DNA from: Hormiphora californensis
Taxonomy: Eukaryota > Animalia > Ctenophora
Direction: 5' to 3'
Assembly (NCBI GenBank): GCA_020137815.1
Contig: CM035351.1
Span: 7,936,001 to 8,000,000 of the forward strand
DNA: 64,000 nt
Shown: positions 37,767-49,730 of the stretch, one piece after another
How positions within the stretch are numbered: position 1 is the first letter of the stretch
Layout: each line of letters opens with the position of its first letter
The notes under the pieces: generated by a model
What the model was told of the DNA's origin: nothing
What the model saw: the letters and a program-made list of their open reading frames with translations, nothing else
The model's database searches: none
Made by a program: the position numbers and the translations under genes

Positions 37767-39340
37767 CTGAGAGAAAATGAGCATGACCAGCATCCCTGTA
37801 CCAAACAGAATAACTGAAATGATATCATGTGTTAGTACATTACATCATGTTAGTACAGTGTAACAAGTATATAGATCACCAGATCACTACACTGTCACTA
37901 CACTAACAGTACTAACGTGTTACACTCCAGTTACTCTAGTTAGTAATGGTGAAGGTGTGTTGTTTATTCAGCCTGGAAACACTACTAACCTAGCCCATAG
38001 AGGAGAAATATAATGTTGTGAGACCCCGGTAAATCAAGATAATCGTCCATTTCCACTGGGGCAGCGGTGGGATTTATTGCTGCAGGTGTCCGTATCCGAT
38101 CTGAGGTTGCTGCAGTTGATTGCATCTCAATATCTTGATCTGTTGCCTGTGGAGTAATGTAGTAGTTAGTTCTTTATACTGTCTGTTCTTTCTGTCTGTC
38201 ACACCAGACTGAGTCTGAGTTTCGAGGCAAAAACAGTGCGAGTTAGAGAAGAATGTTGAGAATAAATGTAGGGATTTGAGTGTAGCAATCACTACTGTTT
38301 AAAGAAGAAGAAAACCGAATGTTGAGAGAACCCAAAAAACTAAAGTATGTTGTAGAACTAAAACTATACCCACCACCCGACATCTTTACCTTAATTTTGG
38401 AGGAGGGGAATTCTAGTTCCAACTCTGATTGACGGAAACCACCTCTGTGACTAGATGTTACTGGTTCTGATTCTTGCATTGACACCTGCAGAGAGATCAT
38501 TACACATGTTGTCACATGAATTTCACACACAATCAGTCGCCGTGACAACTGCAACACTGTCATGATATCTCTTTACAAATGTAAAGGAGGGTTAGAACAT
38601 AATAAGTCATGATACTATAAACATATCCAGCTGAATGACAGTATATAACTCACGTTGTCTTCCACCAGACTGCCATTATCCTGGTCGTAGTTCTGGTAGA
38701 CAACCCCGTCCATAGAGTCTGATACTACCATCCCTGTCGTCCTGATACTCTTCCTCTCAACCAACCCTCCACCACCTGTAGATACAATTATAGGGGTTGA
38801 GAAACAGGGGAATTGTTATGGGGAACAGGGGTTGTTATGGGAAACAGGGGTTGTTATGGGAAACAGGGGTTGTTATGGGAAACAGGGGTTGTTATGGGAA
38901 ACAGGGGTTGTTATGGGAAACAGGGGTTGTTATGGGAAACAGGGGTTGTTATGGGAGACAGGGGTTGTTATGGGAAACAGGGGTTGTTATGGGAAACAGG
39001 GGTTGTTATGGGAAACAGGGGTTGTTATGGGAAACAGGGGTTGTTATGGGAAACAGGGGTTGTTATGGGAAACAGGGGTTGGTATGGGAAACAGGGGTTG
39101 GTATGGGAAACAGGGGTTGTTACGGGAAGATGATTACTCTTGGTATCGAGCTGTCTGGCACCGCTAGACCCCGTTTTGATTCTCAGATCGGGTCGGCGCC
39201 GCCAGGTATTGAGTTGTTTTGTAAACGGCATTTTTTATGCCCCACACGTGGTATTTGTGCAACAACAAGGTACTCACCGATGGTATAGAAATCTCCGTCC
39301 ATCTCGTGTTATTGATCCTCAGCCTATACAAATGGTACCC
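37767..39340 (-). CDS. Probable exons of an uncharacterised multi-exon gene
   Basis: AG/GT-bounded open segments near 39277-39340, 38653-38776 (GGGLVERKSIRTTG..EDN), from 38486 (VSMQESEPV..) and 37767-37814 (hydrophobic ILFGTGMLVMLIFSQ). Frame continuity is not established and no family is recognised. Confidence 0.3.
38803..39127. repeat. 19-bp minisatellite (GGGAAACAGGGGTTGTTAT)
   Basis: About 17 near-perfect tandem copies. Confidence 0.95.
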
Positions 39341-39636
39341 ATTGGCTGACTAAAAGTTTAGTTAGAGGTGAAAACTAGCTGATTCTATCACAAAATATAG
39401 GGCTCCAAGACGTTCAAAACAAGGATTTTCAGACAAAACAAAAGTCAAACGTTTCGAGCCCTTCTTCAATATGACTCTTTTTATTCTGAATTTTTGCCAC
39501 AACTCCGAAACAAGCGAGATCTACTGCAGCAGCTCCCAACTACAAACCATACATGTATTTGGTAGAGAATTGATACATCATTATTTTACAAATTTCAAAT
39601 AAAATCTAATACTGGATAAAAAGTTAAAATCACACA

Positions 39637-40167
39637 TCAAATCGCGGTGAGGTTTTCCTCTTCGTCTTCTACGTTTCTCGGGGAAAAATTTTCCACCGGA
39701 TCGTTTTTTACGTCTTTCTTCCCCCATCCTGCCACCCGCTCCTCCAACTTAGTGACCCTCCTACCTAGCTCCTCCAATTCATCCTCCCCAGCCTCCTCTA
39801 TTAACCGCATCAATTCATCCACCTCCCCATCCCCTACCTTCCCAGCATCCTCCTCATCCTCCTCATCCAAACCTAACATCAAACTACCGGACCCCAAACA
39901 TGGCAACCCCTCCATCCCCTCCTTTATCCCCTCTTCATCCTGCTGACCCTCTTCATCCTGCTGACCCTCCACTACCTGCCCCTCCACTCTCGTTTCCCTC
40001 TCCTCATCTATCATCCCCTGACCTTCCTCCTCCGTCTTTATCACCTCGGTCTTTATCCCCTCCGCTCCTTCTAGAGGTTCTTCTTTTGAGAGCCACCAAA
40101 ACAGGGTGGCTCCGGCTGCAAGTGCGCATCCGGTGATTGCGATTTTCTTTAACATGGTGGATAACAT
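39637..40167 (-). CDS. Intronless orphan: N-terminal membrane anchor plus highly acidic tail (176 aa)
   Basis: IAITGCALAAGATLFWWL hydrophobic segment after KK; Glu/Asp-rich remainder; TATAAAA at 40224-40218 and AATAAA near 39484-39479 on the minus strand. Confidence 0.6.
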   Translation of the reverse strand: MLSTMLKKIAITGCALAAGATLFWWLSKEEPLEGAEGIKTEVIKTEEEGQGMIDEERETRVEGQVVEGQQDEEGQQDEEGIKEGMEGLPCLGSGSLMLGLDEEDEEDAGKVGDGEVDELMRLIEEAGEDELEELGRRVTKLEERVAGWGKKDVKNDPVENFSPRNVEDEEENLTAI

Positions 40168-40565
40168 GGTGGATAAATGATAGCACGTGCAGATAATGGC
40201 TGAGTATCGGGGTTCCCTTTTATACCCCTTAGAGGGCCCTAGAGTTGCACGTGCAAACTTACCTGGTTACCAAGCACCGTGGGGGATGTTTCACTGCACT
40301 GGGCTAACCAGTCCCCCAGTGGTGCTCTATCATATTTGCCGCCCGCATTTAAAAGGGTCTCCCAAAGCTTTGTCCACGACGTGCAAAAAACACGTTCGAT
40401 GTCAGCGGACTGCGTATTAGACGCGGTGGATACTGCTTTAGGCGACGTTTTATGTGGGCATCAAATACGATGGAGCATACTTTTCACAGAGAATTTAGAA
40501 CGAAATAAAGCTTGGCAAACGCTGCTGGATAGGGCGGCGCTTTTCAAAAAAGAAAGCAAAAGTGC

Positions 40566-40797
40566 ATGAGGCCCCTCGGAAATGTTCAAGTCATGCACAA
40601 TCAAGTCACGCCCACCAATCACAGCTCAGAACGCGCGAAGCACTCCACGCGTTCTGAGCTGTGATTGGTGGGCGTGACTTGATTGTGCATGACTTGAACA
40701 TTTCCGAGTTGGCAAACGTTGCTGGCCCCCGATCCTGTTCTGCGCCACGCGCAGCGCGGGATAAGGCAGCGCTTTTCAAATTTCCGAGGGGCCTCAT
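40566..40797. mobile_element. Small TIR element with an internal ~60-bp-stem hairpin
   Basis: ATGAGGCCCCTCGGAAAT ... ATTTCCGAGGGGCCTCAT; hairpin at ~40575-40708. Confidence 0.6.
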
Positions 40798-40815
40798 TTT
40801 TTTGGCATACGTTGC

Positions 40816-41700
40816 AGGCCCCTTATAATATAATATAAGGGGCCTGGGGGGAATACCGCGCTGGGGGGGAATACATAATCAATCATATCTCCGGTTCCAG
40901 ATAAGGTACAGAAATCGTTTTGGTAGCGTTGGAAAGAGGAAGATAACAGCTTTCAAATGCAACCGGTTTCATGTCTCTATCTTATCAGGAACAGGAGATA
41001 TGAACCAAACTCCGCAAAATCGAGTGCGGTAAAATAAAAAATTCGAGATTTTAATTCAAATTTGAAACAAAGTGTCCCTGCAGGGACCTGTGACGTCACT
41101 TTTTGAAAACAACCAATCTTTGAACGGCTATTGCTCAGCCTCCTCAAGTCCAATTAACTTCTCTCAAAAACAGCAAGGTAGATAATTGTCAGATCTAACA
41201 TCTAGTGAAAGAATCAAGCAAAACGGACTTCAGGGGCCAAAGTTATAAGCACCGCCGTTTTTTCGCTCGCAAAGTTATTTTCGACCCAGCCGGGCTCAGG
41301 CCAAACGCGCGCGCGGCATTCCCTCCAGTCCCCTCGTTGCGGGGGTGCGCGCATGAGGGGGCTGCAGCGCATTCCAACTCATTTTTTGAACAAAAAAAAT
41401 GTGACACGAAGGAATTTTCAATTCGAATCTGATATAATCTGTCATGTCGCGCGCATAATAAAGCAAACGCGCGGCGCGGCATTGATTTGCGCGCCAAGAA
41501 ATTACGTCAATTTTTAATCTCTCAATTTTGTGTTTCGACGTGTTACCCGACGTCAACGTGATGAATATTCGAAGTGAAAAAAAGAAGATTTGATATAAAA
41601 TATTTAATTCACAATACACGAAATATGAATCCAAAAATATTTAGAGTTCTCAATTTTAATTACGATGCAAAAATACGATGCTAATGCTTACTTGAACTTC
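40816..41700. mobile_element. Probable non-autonomous element (Helentron/HINE-like); right boundary uncertain
   Basis: Starts with the 12-bp stem AGGCCCCTTATA/TATAAGGGGCCT; nested ATATCTC..GAAAG..CTTTC..GAGATAT palindrome; CpG-rich non-coding body. Confidence 0.35.
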
Positions 41701-41789
41701 AAGTTTGAACTCGATACAATAGTCTCTTAGTCTTAGTCTTCATTACGAAGAGAATTAAAAAACACCATCAACTATACAATTCTTCAAGT

Positions 41790-44700
41790 TCAAAGTTTTA
41801 CATTTTTGCCACTTATTTTGGTAATCAGATTGTCCAAACGGTCCACGCACTTATCATTCCTGACGAGGTGTACTCCGTTACTTTTAGCTGATCTAGTTAG
41901 ACTGGGTGATCTGATCACGGGTGGTGGTACCACCGTGACAGGAGGGGGTACAGGTCCACCCCCGCGGTGTCCAGGTTTAGGTGTTCCCGGGGTACCCGCT
42001 CTCCTCATCCCACTATGTGGCCACATCTTCCTCCCATTCACCTTTACCAGGGCCCTCAACCTAGCCTTCCTTCCTATCAACTTCTCAGGGTCATAAAAGT
42101 GGCTACTAGATAACTTCCCCTGGGCGTTACAGATGTAATAGTAGGCCCCCGAACTAAGTAGTGTTGTGCTCGGATTCTCATATATCACAGGGGGGTTCTC
42201 ATTATCAAAACTTGATCTGCTGGCCCTCTGCTCTTTATCATCCACTATTGTGTACTTCTGGACTTGCCGGGATTCCGTCTCGTAGGCCCGGTTAAACTTG
42301 GAGATAACAACCGTCATGGGTAGGGTGAGGACCACCATAGAGATGATCATCAGGATAGATCCGAAAAACTGAGAGGGAGAGGAGGAGATTAGGGTAGGAG
42401 TTACAGCGGGGAATAACTCATTGAAAATAGAGTCGCACTGTGTCACACTATCAACTTGTTTTGTTGAGAAAGTATTGTGTGAGAAAGATTGTTCGAACAA
42501 CCTACCCTTCCAATGATAGTTTCAGGATACACGTCTCCATAGCCCACTGTAGTAATCGTGACCATGCTCCACCAAAGACCCTGCAGATGGATAGGGGGTT
42601 TATTAGATGAGGGAGTTTAGATGGGGGGGAGTTAGAATGGGGTTTAATCTTGTTGTGTGGCATACTATTGTGAGTAAGATATGAGAAACTGGAATCGAAC
42701 TGTACCTGCATGATACTGTAAAACTGCTTCTTCTCATGGTCCTCTCTGTGATCATCTATCTCAGCGAAGTAGATAACAGACCCAAACAGGATCAGGAGTA
42801 TTCCAGTCAGCATGCCGATCAGGACCAGCTCCTGCCAGGCGTGGCACACAAACTCAATAATCAGGAACATGTCCGCGAAGTACCTGGGGAATGGGGAGGT
42901 GAATATGTTAATAGGGACTGTTAGGGTTGGTAGTTCATTAAATGTCCTGGAGAGCTGTAAAAAGATTATATATCCCCTATTCGGGGCCTGGCAAGGCCCC
43001 CGACCCGAAAATAACCCAAACACAACCCATCCCCCCTAAAACAACAGGGCCGAGCCGACAGGCCCTTAATACCAGATGAAAAAAAACATAAACCATTCGG
43101 GGCCTGGCAAGGCCCCCCGACCCGAATATAAACCAAACTCAACCCATCCCCCCTAAAACATCCCCCCTAAAACTAAAACAACGGGGCCGAGCCGACAGGC
43201 CCTTAATACCAGATGAAAAAAAACCATAGGGGGTTTGGCGATGGCCATACCCAAACCTATAAGGGGTAGGACGCGAAAAACAGTCAAAATAAGGGGTATA
43301 CAGAACTCGGCAATTAGAAGGAGTAGAAAGGTGTTCTAGGGTGCGTTCGAAAGCTCTCGAGGTGCTGAAGTAATTGGAATGTAATTGGAAGTAATTACAT
43401 GTAATTAAAGGGTAATTACATGTAATTAAAGGGTAATTACATGTAATTAAAAGGAGTAGAAAGGTGTTCTAGGGTGCGTTCGAAAGCTCTCGAGGTGCTG
43501 AAATAATTGGAATGTAATTGGAAGTAATAACATGTAATTAAAGGGTAATTACTTGTAATTAAAGGGTAATTACATGTAATTAAAAGGTCTAAATGACCCA
43601 GAATGATAATTTAAACATATTTTGACATATTTGGAGGCCCTGAGACCAGCGGGTGGCCAAATTTTATCCGGTTACGGGTCGGCTGACGTAAAAACTCCGC
43701 GTTTTGGTCGAGATACATACATACGGCTAACTAACTAAAGACAAAGATTTCACAGTGCTGAATATAAATGTACAATACAATTGGTTGTCCTAGGTTATGG
43801 TTCCTAAAAGATGACACTCCACTTTGTCCCAGGCCAAGATTGAATTGTTTGATACCACCTCGACTGATGTATCAAGCAATGTACCGCCTCTGAAGTTTAA
43901 TCTGAACACAATTCACCTGCTGATAACAATGAAGAAACTGGTCGCTACTAATGAGGTATGAATGAGGCGATATTGAGGTGTTAATGACGGTCGAGGTAGG
44001 TAATATATTAACTATGAGATAAAGAAAGTAAATACAACGATAGTTTTTGGTCAATAAAACTTGTTTCATGTCATGATATCCCACGAAGAGACACCAATCA
44101 TCAGTAAGATTGATTATTTAAAGATAATAATATAACAACAAAACGTTTTGATTCAGCTTTTTTCTTGGATATTTTTGGTCAAACCGCAATTTTAATATTC
44201 ATATTTTGGGTAAACTTTATCATTTGTGGTTATCAAAAACAGAAAAACAGAACATAAAAATTCAGCCGAAACCCGTCTTAATTCCCTGGTCTATTTTCCG
44301 GTAGTTCCCTGTTTTGCCACTGCTGGCATGTTTAGGTACATGTGTTTTGAGATACCCACACTTTTTTTTCCATCATTTGGGGCGAAAAAATGGGATTCAT
44401 ACCGATTTTGGGGGGGAGGAGTGGGGGAAAAGTTTGGGTCCACGGAAAATTCACACCCTTACCTATGGGGGGCCCAGCAATGAGGAAGGGAATCCAGCAG
44501 CAAACATGATGCGACAAGGAGACCTTGCGACAAAGCGAGTTGGACGGGGCCCTTCTACCGGGGATTTTTTGGAGGGATACATCGCAACGGACACAAACGA
44601 CACAAAAAAACACAGGAAATGAATGAAAGTACCCCAACGTAACCACCTGGGGGTCACCAAAGAAAAAAACACTTAAATGCGACTGGACTTGCCGTAAAAG

Positions 44701-47700
44701 ACGCTTTTGCCTTTATCTGGTCTAATTGAGAAAAATTCAGATCCATTTTTTGGGAAAGGTATACCGGAAAAATTCTTGCCAACCCCCTTTTTTTTCTATT
44801 GACCTGGCTACCAGGAACCCCCGAAAAACCTTCACACCCTCTTTTGCCCCACCCCCCGAAAACCCACCCAACGCTTTTTCAATACCACCCATTTAAACCA
44901 TTGGAAAATTTTCGAGAAAGGGGGAAGCCACCACGATAAGACCCCAACCCCAAAACTCAGCATGGCCAATTTTTTAAATTTTTAGTCCTTTATGACCTCA
45001 ACTAAGGGCGGTATCGCAGGGCCATAACGGTCCCAGGGAGTCAAAAACAACCCCCAAAGGGCCATGAAAAGGGGAAAAAGGGGGGGACGAGCTGTTCACA
45101 CTCCAATAACCGAAAGGGGAATTCCGCAAATCCGGCGATCTGTTGTCACAGAACCCACCCATGCCCCGTGGTATGCGGAAAGGGGGTGAGAAATAGATTG
45201 AGTGAGGACATTCCCAAAGGGATATTTCCCAAAAAACCATCATTTTGTTGATGTCTCGCCACATTTCTCCGATTTGGTCCGATGTTTTGATAAAAACCAA
45301 AACTAAAAATAAACCCTTAATTCCCAGACAATGAAACTCCCAAAGTAAAATCAGCAAAAGGGTTTTTTTCGTCAAAACCTTCTTTAATTCATCGTGGGGC
45401 CTTTGGGCAGTAAATCTACCCACATTCTGGCTCAAGGCCAAGAACCGATTTATCGCGCACGGGAAATTTTGTTTTTCATTCCTCCTCATGGGACATGCCC
45501 CCCAATCATCAACAAGATCACACCCTTTCAAACAATATGCAATTTGTGTTTTTACAAACGAGAAGTTTTTGTGGAAACTCCCCGTGATTTGTGTTTTGAT
45601 AATCGAATCCCTAAAATTTGGGAAAAAATGATGTTTTGAGTTTTTTACAAATCGGGGAGGCGGGCCTTACAAGGGAAAAGATGTGTTGTGAAAGGGCCGT
45701 ACAACTGTAAAAGACGTATGTTCCCCGTCAAGTACCTAAAATCATTTTTTCTTAGTCGGAAGAACTAAGCCCTTTGTAAGATTTTTCCCAAAAAACTGAA
45801 AAAGTGGTTAAAAGTTTTGGGTTTTTACATTTTGGTCCGCCCGAGAAGAAGCTTTTCGAGGCCTTTCACAAAAAATGCATTTGTGGGGGTTTTTTCCATG
45901 GCTTTTTCGTTTCTATAAAATGCCGGTTTATTGATACTGTTTTTAGCCGTTGGGAAACCTCCTCGCCCAAATTCCCGCAAAGGACACAAAAGAGAGACTC
46001 CCAAAAATTTGGGCTATCCTTTTTTACTAAGAAACTTGGTGCATTTTTTCCCAATATTTAATTGTCCTCCTACGTCTTTCCCGCTTTTGCCTAAATTTCT
46101 CGTCCTCCCCTTTAGACAGTCGCCACTCCATCCGGCCCAACCCCCTGGAACCTAAGAACCCCCTGTTTCGGGCAAAAACTGCAAACGCCGACTCTGTGTT
46201 TTTTTAAAAAAACACTTTTCCCTTTCGTTCATCCCCCCCAATAGCCAGTCTCTTGTCCTCCCCGATGTTTTTTGGATGGGAAGAAAGGTTATGGTCGTGC
46301 ACCCTCCTGCATGCCATCATCCACGGCCGGGTGTTTTTACAAAAAACCCTAAATTATACCGGGGGAAAATTTCCCCCGTCGATAAGACTGAACCAGAATT
46401 TTCGTGGGGTCTGAACAGTTTTCTGGCCCAAACCCGTTGTACAGTATGCTGGCCCATCAAAGGGAATGGGGATATGTTCTGGTGGGGTTGCCTAAAGCAC
46501 TTGATCCTTGTTGGGGAAAAAAAGGGGTTTTTTGGGGGGGTTGTGGTACATAAACCCCTCATAAAAATCCCCTGTTGTAGAAACATTTTTTCCACTGGCA
46601 GATGCCTCAAGTTAAACGGTAGAAATAATACTGATCTCTGTTTGCCACACGCCGTACGGGAAACCATCGAAAAAATCTCGTCAACCAACTCACTTAGGGC
46701 CGTCTTATTCCCCCAAACACGCTTCATCACAAACACCGTGCACAAGCCCCCCTCTTTGTCCTATGTCAAAGTCTCGCCCTCAACGTCGGGGAGAGGGTGT
46801 GCTTAAACCCGGGCGGGTCGGTGCCGGGCAATCGGGATGATTGTGAAACCCGTACTTCTTTCCCACTTTTCCCACACAATTTCCACACAGGGGGGTCCCA
46901 TTGAAGAGCTCCGTGGGGGGGATGGGGTTAAGTATTTTTTACTTCCATGCACGCTGATACGGATTGGGGCATTTGGGCATAATCCGTCACGTATTTTCTT
47001 AAAGGATTTTGAAGCAAAGTCAATTTTTTTTTTTTTATTGTGGGGGATGTTTTGAGACAGTTCATGAACCCCCCCCAGGGTGAATAAAACCCCCTGCACT
47101 GATCTCTTTAGGAACCATTGTCACCACTATGGCACACTTCCTCTAGGATCGCCTTCGTATGACAATCCTCCCCACAAAGAATGTCATTGTTTTCAAAAAA
47201 TGTTTATTTTTATCAAATGCCTTCGTTTGGAATTTGGGGGAGTTGTCAGTTTTGGCTTTTGATTCGACCGCTAAAAACGTGAGGTTTGGAAGCCGACCAC
47301 TCGTATGTTTTGGGGGACCGTAGCCCCGTATAAAATTTACTATACTATTTAAAAAAGGGCCCAAAGGTTGTTAGCAAACCCGTCTTTCGTGTCCCGCCCG
47401 CAAAAAAAAAAATTAAAGGTTTTAAAACATAAAAAACTGACCTATGTGGAAGAAAAGAAAATCGGCCGTTTTTGGGTTTGGTGGTTCAAAATTAATAGAG
47501 CACCCGTTTTGCTTAGTCACCGCACCAAAATATTTGTAACTAAATGTATTATTTGCATTTTTCTTTTATCCCATCAGACGCTGTAATAAGTATGAGAAAC
47601 AAAGCCTTCGAGTTGGGGGGAGGGTTTTTATTCATTAGCATTTAAAAAAGTGCTGGGCATCAGAACATTTTTTGGACCCAAAACAGTGCAATATTTAGGT

Positions 47701-49730
47701 CCGGAGGCCCCTCCCCCCAATTTTTTTTGAAAATAACTGTTTGCTGAGCTTTATTTTTTCAAAAAAATTATTTTTCTTTGTTTACAAGCCCACCAACGGT
47801 ATGGCCCTAAAGCATCTAGGCTAAAATTAAATTTTGGGGTTTTTGGGTTGTTTGGCGTTTGACGCAAATTTTAGGGGGTCCGGGGCCCAAAGGGAGGGGT
47901 AAAAATTGGGACTAAATTTTTTAAAATTTATTCGATAAAAAATTTCAAATTTCGGGGGCCCTGGCAAGGCCCCCCCCGCCCCGAATAAAACCCAAATAAA
48001 CCCACCCCCCCTAAAACACCCCCCCTAAACTAAAAAAAGGGGGCCGGGCAGGCAATGAAAAAAAAAAACCATAACCTAACCATTGGGGGGCCGGAAAGGC
48101 CCCCCGACCCAAATATAAAACCAAACTCAACCCACCCCCCTAAACAAGGGGGGCCGACCCGGGCCCTTAACCAAAAAAAAAAACTAAACCAAAACCATAA
48201 CCATAGATATTTTTAGAGTAAAATTTTTGAAGCCCCCTAAAGTAGTAGGGTTTTCAGGGCTCTTTTGGAAAGCTCCGGGGGTCCCCGAGTAAGGGGGGTG
48301 TGGGCGAGGGCCTTTCCCCAAACCAAAAGGGGTAGGACCAAAAACATCAAAAAAAAGGGGGTATGCGATCTTGAATTTAGAAGGAGTAGAAAGGTTTTTG
48401 GGGTGCGTTCGAAATCTCTCGAGGTGCTGAAGAAATTTGGGAAAATTAAATTGGGAAAAGGAATTACGAAATTTGGAATAATTACGTAATTACATGTAAA
48501 AAAAGGGGTTAATCATGAAATTAAAAGGTCAAAATGACTCCAAATGACATTTTAAAAAATTTTTGACATTTTTTGGGGGCCCCTGAAGCGGGTGCCAAAA
48601 TTTAATCCGGTTTGGGGGTCGGTGAGAAAAACCCCGCTTTTGGGTCGAGATATTTTACACAATTGAATAGCTTGATCACTCGGAAGATCCTAAACACCCC
48701 GGAGAATCCCCCAAATCAAAGAAGGCCATCTTGACTAAAGAGTTGAGCGTAGAAGGGGGAGAGATAGGAAATAAATATTTCGCCCGTTAGTTAAAACCCT
48801 TTTAAACTAGCCACGGATACCCCCGGATAATCAGATCAATGGAGAAAAAACCCTGCTTAAAACAACACCATCCAGTACAAAAAGGGGGGTACATTTGGGG
48901 TTGGTTGGTAAAGGCGGGTTGTGGGCGGGCTCTTCCCCCGTAAAAAAGAGATGAATGTTGTGATGACACAATGTCCACCCCAGCCCATACCCCGGCTGCG
49001 TAGTACTCGGGGGTCGACCAGGAACGTGGATTTAGTTTTTGGGGGGTTGGGATGGGCAAATCTTCCTCTTGGAGGGGGGCCTACCTTTTTGGGGCTGGAG
49101 ACCCCAGTACCCCAGCTCCTTCTTTTAGGGGGTATCTAGTTCGGTGGGATTCATTTTTGCCTTTTTGATAGAATGTCGTTTGAACTAAAATACTGTCCTT
49201 TTTCCAAAGGAGAGAAAGGGCGGGGTGTTATAATTATGGGGTTTTAGGCCCCGGGGTTTGGGGGGGGGGGGAACTTAAAATACTGCGTCTTGCACAGTAC
49301 TGAATTTAAAAATGTCACAAAACATGGGGAAAGTTGCTGACAAGGGTTGGATATTATCGTATTTTTTTTGATCTACCGGTCAAAGAAGAAATGGTTGGGG
49401 AGGGGTTTCATATGTTTTTTGAGTCTGGGGGGGGATGCCAGGAAAAGGTCAGGGTGTAGGAGATAGCTGTGTAAGGAAACTTCCACCAGACACTTTTCCA
49501 AAAGTTTCAGGGGGATTAATTTGGGGCCTCTTGTGCCCGTTCCTGAAAAACGGGGGACTTTTTTAAGTGGGGTACTATATTTCCCCCCTACCCCTAAAAA
49601 ATTCTACAGTCTAAAGGGTCCCCCCCTCTAATGGGGGATCCGGAACCCTCACCCCCAATTAGCCCAACTAAAACCGTTCCGTGGGGAAAAGCAGCATTTG
49701 ACTGAAAAAACATTTCGTGCCCCGACATTC
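41790..49730 (-). CDS. Voltage-gated K+ channel alpha subunit (T1 + S1-S6); 5' exons lie in low-quality sequence
   Basis: Clean exons: 42883-42706 (S5), 42580-42506 (GLWWSMVTITTVGYGDVYPETIIGR, TVGYGD filter) and 42368-41790 (S6 + tail). Frameshifted remnants of S4 (VFRIFRVIK, ~48.7 kb), S1-S2 (~48.8-49.0 kb) and T1 (ELxYWGL, FFFDR, ~49.1-49.5 kb). Confidence 0.9.
42969..43765. mobile_element. Interspersed repeat with GGGGCCTGGCAAGGCCCC hairpins and TAATTACATG subrepeats in a Kv intron; second degraded copy at ~47950-48650
   Basis: Internal tandem duplications, CATA/CTAA microsatellite near the right end, two copies in the same intron; Helitron/Helentron affinity is inference. Confidence 0.6.
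44990..46750 (-). mobile_element. Possible piggyBac-like transposase remnant (unreliable sequence)
   Basis: KGCDLVDD near 45520 resembles the piggyBac GGVDxxD motif and is followed by a Cys-containing tail; heavily frameshifted; TTAA termini not found. Confidence 0.3.

Noticed and set aside
38797-39288. ORFs with MGNRGCYGKQGLLWETGVV repeats
   Set aside because: Produced in all three frames by a stop-free 19-bp minisatellite.
39444-39476. Hammerhead ribozyme-like motif on the minus strand (TTGAAGA..CGAAAC)
   Set aside because: Core C of CUGANGA is missing and stems II/III are not convincing; no Penelope context.
44226-49139. Many 60-180-aa ORFs rich in F/K/P/G
   Set aside because: Composition reflects homopolymer errors rather than proteins, apart from the Kv and transposase remnants noted.
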